DNA of 46,190 nt, from positions 442 to 46,631 of the forward strand of contig DFBT01000105.1 of the NCBI GenBank assembly GCA_002366725.1, read 5' to 3'. The translations under genes and the position numbers were made by a program. Shown here one piece after another: positions 38,679 to 46,190 of this stretch. The notes beneath the pieces were generated by a model, which was not told the DNA's origin, ran no database searches, and was given only the letters and a program-made list of their open reading frames with translations. Position 1 is the stretch's first letter. Every line of letters begins with the position of its first letter. This DNA comes from a candidate division WOR-3 bacterium UBA3073. Lineage in GTDB: Bacteria; Hydrothermota; UBA3073.

Positions 38679-39272
38679 ATGAAGGTAAAGATGGTGCTAT
38701 CACTGCTGATAGTGTGTCTCACGGCAGCTGGGCTTCTTTCGTGGGTATATTCGGTTACCACACCCATAATTGAGGAGGGAATAAGAACAAAGTTGGATGA
38801 ACAGTTGAAGGTGGTTTTTCCTTCTGCTTGCGTGTTCGATCCGCTTGTGGTGGAGGGAGATACGCTTCTGAGGGATACCCTTTGGATAGCGATAGATTCA
38901 GTGGGGAATAAAGTGGGAATCGTATTTAAGGTTTTCCCAATGGGCTATGGCGGACCGATCGAAACGCTGGTTGCTCTTGCAACCGATACCGGCGTTGTGG
39001 CAATAAGACCCGCTACCCCCTCTGAAGGATTGAAAGAGACACCGGGACTTGGCGTGAGAATAACAGAACCCTGGTTTATGAAACAGTTCAGGGGAAAGAA
39101 GATAAAGGATATTCAATTAAAAAAAGATGGCGGCACGATCGATGCCATCACCGCCGCAACGATATCATCGAGGGCTGTAACCGAGGGTGTAAGGAAAGGC
39201 ATCGAAAAATATGTCAAATGGCTGCCCGACAAGAAAAAAATTGGACGCAGATTCACCCCGTTAAATAAATAA
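38679..39272 (+). CDS. rnfG: RnfG-like FMN-binding electron transport subunit
   Basis: GYGGPI, ETPGLG, QFRGK, IDAITAATISS FMN-Thr motif. Confidence 0.85.
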   Translation: MKVKMVLSLLIVCLTAAGLLSWVYSVTTPIIEEGIRTKLDEQLKVVFPSACVFDPLVVEGDTLLRDTLWIAIDSVGNKVGIVFKVFPMGYGGPIETLVALATDTGVVAIRPATPSEGLKETPGLGVRITEPWFMKQFRGKKIKDIQLKKDGGTIDAITAATISSRAVTEGVRKGIEKYVKWLPDKKKIGRRFTPLNK

Positions 39273-39565
39273 TGCAACGATAAAACATCAGAGAGTTATT
39301 AAGAACAGTTCTATTTAACGGGGTAAACGCAGTTTATCTATGATTTCTTTATTATTGTGGTTGTCAGGAGTGATGTCATTGCGAGGGATGTCATTGCTCG
39401 CCCCGTTAGATGCAAAGCTATCTAACAGGGCGAGGCGAAGCCGAAGCAACCTCTGAAACAATCACCATCTGACACATACCCGGGACTATGACTTGTTGTA
39501 TATTTTCCTATACGCTCAAACCTTAAGAAATATCTACAATCCGCAATCTCTGTCTACAGGACAAA

Positions 39566-40813
39566 ATGCGCAAATTATTTTTTTCTATAGGGCTACTTAT
39601 CTCGGTTCCACTATTTCCGGCGAGGCTACTCATATATATGGATACAATGCAAACTGAACACCTTCGTGCATACGGGATTGCATATCAGTCACTGCTCTCG
39701 GAAAAGAGGGTCGAATGGCTTCTGAATTACAGGGGAGGCTCTTTTCTGATAGACTACGCCAGAGAGATAGAAAATCTATGTAAGGAGAAGAATGTTGGAT
39801 ACTCCATAATAGATGAAGCAAGTGTGCGGCAGATATATAAGCTCGTTGAGAATCAAAATATGGAGAAGGTGATATTGGAGGAAGCGCCAAAGGTTGCCGT
39901 ATATGTACCTCCACATTTTTCTCCCTGGGATGATGCGGTTAGACTCGTGCTTGAGTACGCCGAGATTCCTTACGATGCTATATGGGATGAAGAGGTTCTG
40001 TCGGGCGCCTTATCTTCCTATGACTGGGTCCATCTTCACCACGAGGATTTTACCGGACAATACGGCAAGTTCTACAGGAGCTATCACAATACAGATTGGT
40101 ACAAGAGGGAGGTCTCAATAAATGAGAATATGGCAAAAAAACTTGGCTTCTCATCTGTGTGGAGATTGAAACACGCAGTTGCCTTGAAGATAAGGGAATA
40201 TGTGCAACAGGGAGGATTTCTGTTTGCCATGTGTTCGGCGACAGAAACGATCGACATTGCGCTCGCCGCTCTCGATGTCGACATAGTTGGCATTCCGTTT
40301 GATGGAACTCCCGCTGAACCGGGGTACAAAAGGAAACTCGACTACAGCAGAACATTCGCATTTAAGGATTTTACACCCGATGTGAACCCACTTATATATA
40401 ATCACTCCGATATTGATGTAACCGGAGAGGCACGAAGAAGAGGTGAAAAGGTCTATTTCACATTGAAAAATTTTGATGCAAAATATGACCCCATTCCCAC
40501 GATGCTCAGCCAGGACCACACAAAATACATAAAGGAATTTCTCGGACAGAACACGGGGTTCAGAAGAAATCTAACAAAGGAAGACGCCGTAATTTTGGGC
40601 GATATTGAGGGCACCGAGGAAGTGAAATATATCTATGGAGACTGCGGCAAGGGGTTTTTTACATTTCTGGGCGGACATGACCCCGAGGATTATGCCCATC
40701 TGGTCGGTGACCCTCCTACTGACTTAAAAAAGTTTCCAAATTCTCCCGGATACAGGCTTATTCTTAATAATATACTATTTCCAGCCGCCAAAACAAAGAG
40801 GTTGAAGACATGA
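39566..40813 (+). CDS. Conserved exported protein with class I GATase-like segment (FCB family often labelled asparagine synthetase B)
   Basis: EWLLNYRGGSF, PWDDAV, DWVHLHHEDFTGQYGKFY, FAMCSAT, GHDPED, LILNNILFPAA. Confidence 0.75.
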   Translation: MRKLFFSIGLLISVPLFPARLLIYMDTMQTEHLRAYGIAYQSLLSEKRVEWLLNYRGGSFLIDYAREIENLCKEKNVGYSIIDEASVRQIYKLVENQNMEKVILEEAPKVAVYVPPHFSPWDDAVRLVLEYAEIPYDAIWDEEVLSGALSSYDWVHLHHEDFTGQYGKFYRSYHNTDWYKREVSINENMAKKLGFSSVWRLKHAVALKIREYVQQGGFLFAMCSATETIDIALAALDVDIVGIPFDGTPAEPGYKRKLDYSRTFAFKDFTPDVNPLIYNHSDIDVTGEARRRGEKVYFTLKNFDAKYDPIPTMLSQDHTKYIKEFLGQNTGFRRNLTKEDAVILGDIEGTEEVKYIYGDCGKGFFTFLGGHDPEDYAHLVGDPPTDLKKFPNSPGYRLILNNILFPAAKTKRLKT

Positions 40814-41445
40814 GACTGATACTGGCATCGGCTTCGCCAAGGAGAAAAGAACTCCTTTCAACACTCATCCCCTCGTTTGAGGTGATACCGAGCGGCATAA
40901 ACGAGGACCTTATAGAGATAAAAGACCCGGTGAGGTTTGCCCTGAAGGCGGCTGAGGCAAAGGCAGAATCCGTTGCATCGGGAACAGATAATGGGGTGAT
41001 AATTGCTGCAGATACTGTCGTTTCACTGAATGGGCGCATAATCGGAAAGCCTGGGGATGAGAATGAGGCATATGATATTCTATCCCATCTCTCGGAAAGC
41101 GAGCATTCAGTTATAACGGGATTATGTATCATCGCCAAAAATGGGAAGAAGACCAAGAAGCTGATGGATTACGAGAAGACGATCGTAAAGATGCGGAAAT
41201 TAAAGGAAGAGGAGATAATTTCCTATCTTTCACACGCTAACTGGCGGGACAAGGCGGGTGCGTACGCAATCCAGGAGCACGGAGATAAATTTATAGAATA
41301 CATTATAGGCGATTACCACAATGTGGTTGGTCTTCCCGTGAAAAGACTGAGAAAATTATTGACACAGATGATACGCTCCAAAGCAATGAACCTGTCTTTA
41401 GTACGCGGAGGCGATACCCATAAAGAGCACAGACAACAGACCTAA
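40810..41445 (+). CDS. maf: Maf nucleoside triphosphate pyrophosphatase
   Basis: LASASPRR, ADTVV, GKP, DKAGAYAIQ, NVVGLP. Confidence 0.92.
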   Translation: MRLILASASPRRKELLSTLIPSFEVIPSGINEDLIEIKDPVRFALKAAEAKAESVASGTDNGVIIAADTVVSLNGRIIGKPGDENEAYDILSHLSESEHSVITGLCIIAKNGKKTKKLMDYEKTIVKMRKLKEEEIISYLSHANWRDKAGAYAIQEHGDKFIEYIIGDYHNVVGLPVKRLRKLLTQMIRSKAMNLSLVRGGDTHKEHRQQT

Positions 41446-41490
41446 GACCGAAGACAAAAGACTAAAACGGGGATGAGGGTGAAGGTGCGT

Positions 41491-41949
41491 ATGAAGAGAT
41501 ATCTTTTTTTTCTCTATATGTTGTTGCTATCTATTGGATGCGCTGAAAACCCATTACAGCCACCGGGTGGAATAAAACACGGAACGGGAAGTTGCAATTT
41601 GACCGAAGGTTCTTCCTTAACATTCACATTCCCGGGCGGAGATTATGGAGAGTTCATTCTCGAATATAACAATGGATATGTATATATAAATGCAACTGGA
41701 ATCATAAGGGTTTCGGGTAATAGAGACACTGCACCAGAGGGGCAATACCTTACCTGTGAATTATTTGAATGGGTCGATGAAGAAAGTCATCCGTACTACT
41801 ATTTTTTAAAAACTGACGATGCAATACACTATGCAAAGGTGCGGAGGATTGGTGACATCACAAAGGAGTTAACGATAAAGTTCGAATGGTGGCTGCAGAT
41901 AGAGGCGGGAAATAGGTACCTCGGTTCGCAGAATCCCGTGGAGATGTAA
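41491..41949 (+). CDS. Hypothetical lipoprotein
   Basis: MKRY...LSIGC lipobox; KTDD..HYAKVR C-terminal motif. Confidence 0.7.
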   Translation: MKRYLFFLYMLLLSIGCAENPLQPPGGIKHGTGSCNLTEGSSLTFTFPGGDYGEFILEYNNGYVYINATGIIRVSGNRDTAPEGQYLTCELFEWVDEESHPYYYFLKTDDAIHYAKVRRIGDITKELTIKFEWWLQIEAGNRYLGSQNPVEM

Positions 41950-41962
41950 CTTAAAGAATAGT

Positions 41963-42601
41963 ATGAGTATATTATTTATGGACATAGAGACAATTCCCGG
42001 TGGGGAGAGGACAAAGGAGTATCTGAAAAAGCAAATACCCCCGCCAAAGGGGGCACTGAAACTTGAAGATGTAAAGAAATGGGAGGAGGAAAAAAACAAA
42101 AAGCTGAATGAGGCGTTTGAACACACATCCCTCTCCGGAGACTTTGGACAGATCCTGTGTATTGCCTGTATAAAAGAGAAATCGGACGGTATTGAGAAGA
42201 TAATATTTAAAGGGGATGAAAAGAGGTTATTAAAGGAATTCTGGGAATTCTGTCGCGATGTTACCCTTTTCGTGGGACATAATATCCTCGATTTCGACTT
42301 AAAGTTCATAATGAAGAGGGGTATAATACACGGGGTAAAGCCGAGTGTCCCGATAAATTTTGCAAGGTATAGACACAATGTGGTGTATGACACGATGTGG
42401 GAATGGGAGAGGTGGAGCAAGAGAATATCGTTAGATAAACTTGCATACATTCTCTCTTTACCCACATCGAAAACCACCATGGACGGCAGCCAGGTTTATG
42501 AATACTACAAACGGGGAAAAATTGACGAGATATGTGAATACTGCATGAGAGACACGGAACTCGTGAGAAAGATATACAGAAAAATAAATTTTCTGGAATA
42601 A
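41963..42601 (+). CDS. Stand-alone DEDDy 3'-5' exonuclease (PolB-like)
   Basis: DIET, GHNILDFD, MDGS.V, YCMRD. Confidence 0.85.
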   Translation: MSILFMDIETIPGGERTKEYLKKQIPPPKGALKLEDVKKWEEEKNKKLNEAFEHTSLSGDFGQILCIACIKEKSDGIEKIIFKGDEKRLLKEFWEFCRDVTLFVGHNILDFDLKFIMKRGIIHGVKPSVPINFARYRHNVVYDTMWEWERWSKRISLDKLAYILSLPTSKTTMDGSQVYEYYKRGKIDEICEYCMRDTELVRKIYRKINFLE

Positions 42602-42728
42602 GAACTCATGCTTTCGGGTGTTTAGTTGGTTAGTTTGTTAGTTGGTTAGGGAAGGGAGGATAAAGGCCCAATGACTAATGCCCAACGACCCATTAACCCA
42701 ATTACCCATTAACCCAATAACCTATCCT

Positions 42729-43328
42729 ATGCTTCTGTATGTTATTCTCGGTGAGGAGTGGCTTGGAGAAAGAAGAATAGAGGATGTGGCAGAAAAACTC
42801 GCGTCATCGGGTGTATCTGTAATACAGCTACGGGAACACAAGGTGGCAAGAGACATCATAGAGGATGCGAGGAAGATAAGTATTGCCATTCGGGACTGCA
42901 GAGTACCACTTCTCATCAATAATCGTCCCGATATCGCATCCGAGGTGAACGCAGATGGTGTACATATCGGTCAGGACGATGTCTCCATCCACACCGCAAG
43001 AAAAATACTCGGTAAGAATAAATTAATAGGCGTCTCTGTCCATTCAGTTGAAGAGGCGCTTCTGGCGGAAAAAGGGAAGGCAAACTATCTCTCCTTTGGC
43101 TCTATATTTCCCTCGGATACAAAAAAATCCATAGTTCGTCCTATATCCATTCTGAGAGAGATAAAAAGGGCGGTTCAAATCCCAGTTTTTGCGATAGGTG
43201 GTATAACCCTTGAGAATATAGGTCTGATTACAAAAGAAGGCGCCGATGGTATCTGCGTATCAAGGGACATTCTAAACAGAGAGGATATTGAAAAAAGGGT
43301 GAGAGAATATATAAAAATGCTAATGTAA
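42729..43328 (+). CDS. thiE: Thiamine phosphate synthase
   Basis: IQLRE, ADGVHIGQDD, GVSVH, AIGGI; the upstream 17 codons are repeat-derived. Confidence 0.85.
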   Translation: MLLYVILGEEWLGERRIEDVAEKLASSGVSVIQLREHKVARDIIEDARKISIAIRDCRVPLLINNRPDIASEVNADGVHIGQDDVSIHTARKILGKNKLIGVSVHSVEEALLAEKGKANYLSFGSIFPSDTKKSIVRPISILREIKRAVQIPVFAIGGITLENIGLITKEGADGICVSRDILNREDIEKRVREYIKMLM

Positions 43329-43604
43329 AAACCAAATATTGAAAATCAAAATGACAAATCAAGCATTAAAAATCCTAAGTCCTAAATCCTAAATCTCAAG
43401 ATCCGTATGGACAATATCTAAATCACAATTTCCAAAATCCAAACTTGTTTTGTACATTTGAATTTAGGGCTTGGAATTTGTCCGCAGGATCCTGTGGATT
43501 TGGGATTTAGAAATTATAATTTAGAAATTTGCATTTTGATATTTGCTTTTTGATTTTTCTCGGTGTTTTTTGGTGTTGTCAACGCATATTCCGAGAGATT
43601 AGCT

Positions 43605-44135
43605 ATGGAAGATAAAGATCTCGTAAAACGGGCAAAGGCGGGAAATAAGCACTCGTTTGAAACCCTCGTAAAGAAACATAAGAAAAAAGTATACAATGCG
43701 GCATACGGCATTTTACACGATAGCGACGATGCAATGGATATAATGATGGAGACTTTTTATATCGCCTATACCCGTCTATCATCCCTGAAGAAAGAGACAA
43801 AATTCGGTTCCTGGCTCATCGGAATTGCAAGAAACCTCGCATTAATGAGATTGAGAAACAGGGGCAGGGAAATTTCAATTGAGGAACCCGAAGTAAGAAA
43901 GAGACTTTCCGTCCCATTTGATGAAGAAGTTACAAGAGAGGATTTAAGAAGAATTATAAAGAGAGAGATAGAAAATCTACCTCACAAATACAGAGAGGCA
44001 TTTGTCATGAGGGAGATAATGGGATTTCCCTATGGAAGAATAACAAAGGAACTCGGTATCTCCCTGAGTAATGCAAAGGTGAGGGTATCGAGGGCAAAGG
44101 CACTCCTAAGAAGAAGGCTATCGAGAATTCTTTAA
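43605..44135 (+). CDS. ECF sigma-70 factor
   Basis: AFIAY-type region 2 (FGSWLIGIARN); region 4 LPHKYREAF...KVRVSRAK. Confidence 0.88.
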   Translation: MEDKDLVKRAKAGNKHSFETLVKKHKKKVYNAAYGILHDSDDAMDIMMETFYIAYTRLSSLKKETKFGSWLIGIARNLALMRLRNRGREISIEEPEVRKRLSVPFDEEVTREDLRRIIKREIENLPHKYREAFVMREIMGFPYGRITKELGISLSNAKVRVSRAKALLRRRLSRIL

Positions 44136-44143
44136 TCTGCCAA

Positions 44144-46072
<1,929 letters not shown>

Positions 46073-46102
46073 TTATGTTGTGCTAAACCATCTGGATATA
46101 TT

Positions 46103-46131
46103 ATTATAACACATTTTTCGGCAATTGTCAA
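46103..46131 (-). promoter_or_regulatory. Sigma70 promoter for gyrB
   Basis: TTGACA-17-TATAAT. Confidence 0.8.
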
Positions 46132-46170
46132 GCAAAAATTGGACACAGATTACCCATGATTTTTTTGTTA

Positions 46171-46190
46171 GGCGATTATAAAACATTTGA
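46171..46190. mobile_element. End of a second copy of the 13359 element, cut by the window edge
   Basis: GGCGATTATAAAACATTTGA identical to 13359-13378. Confidence 0.65.

Overview
Bacterial chromosomal window with about 41 CDS, mostly housekeeping and metabolic genes: glnA, pdxJ, purQ, LonC-type protease, acyl-CoA dehydrogenase, fakA, smc, tmk, ino1, rpsT, hom, mobB, AOR, rnfG, maf, thiE, ECF sigma and gyrB. A PorV-like protein and FlgD/T9SS-type C-terminal domains suggest an FCB-related diderm such as WOR-3 (inference). I found no rRNA, tRNA, CRISPR array or intact transposase. The most unusual signal is intergenic. Most spacers are nested stacks of non-autonomous elements: four distinct MITEs (three with readable target duplications), several REP-like palindrome families, and a family of 18-20 nt palindromic micro-insertions that insert into other repeats and into each other. 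A roughly 95-bp cassette ending at the TTGACA -35 box recurs in front of unrelated genes, and one MITE end appears to supply a lipoprotein start codon. An AOR / twin NSS transporter / MetS / exported cyclase / porin cluster and an AT-richer island with a solo Cas4/AddB-like nuclease are also notable. All calls were made by eye; family assignments are not database-verified.
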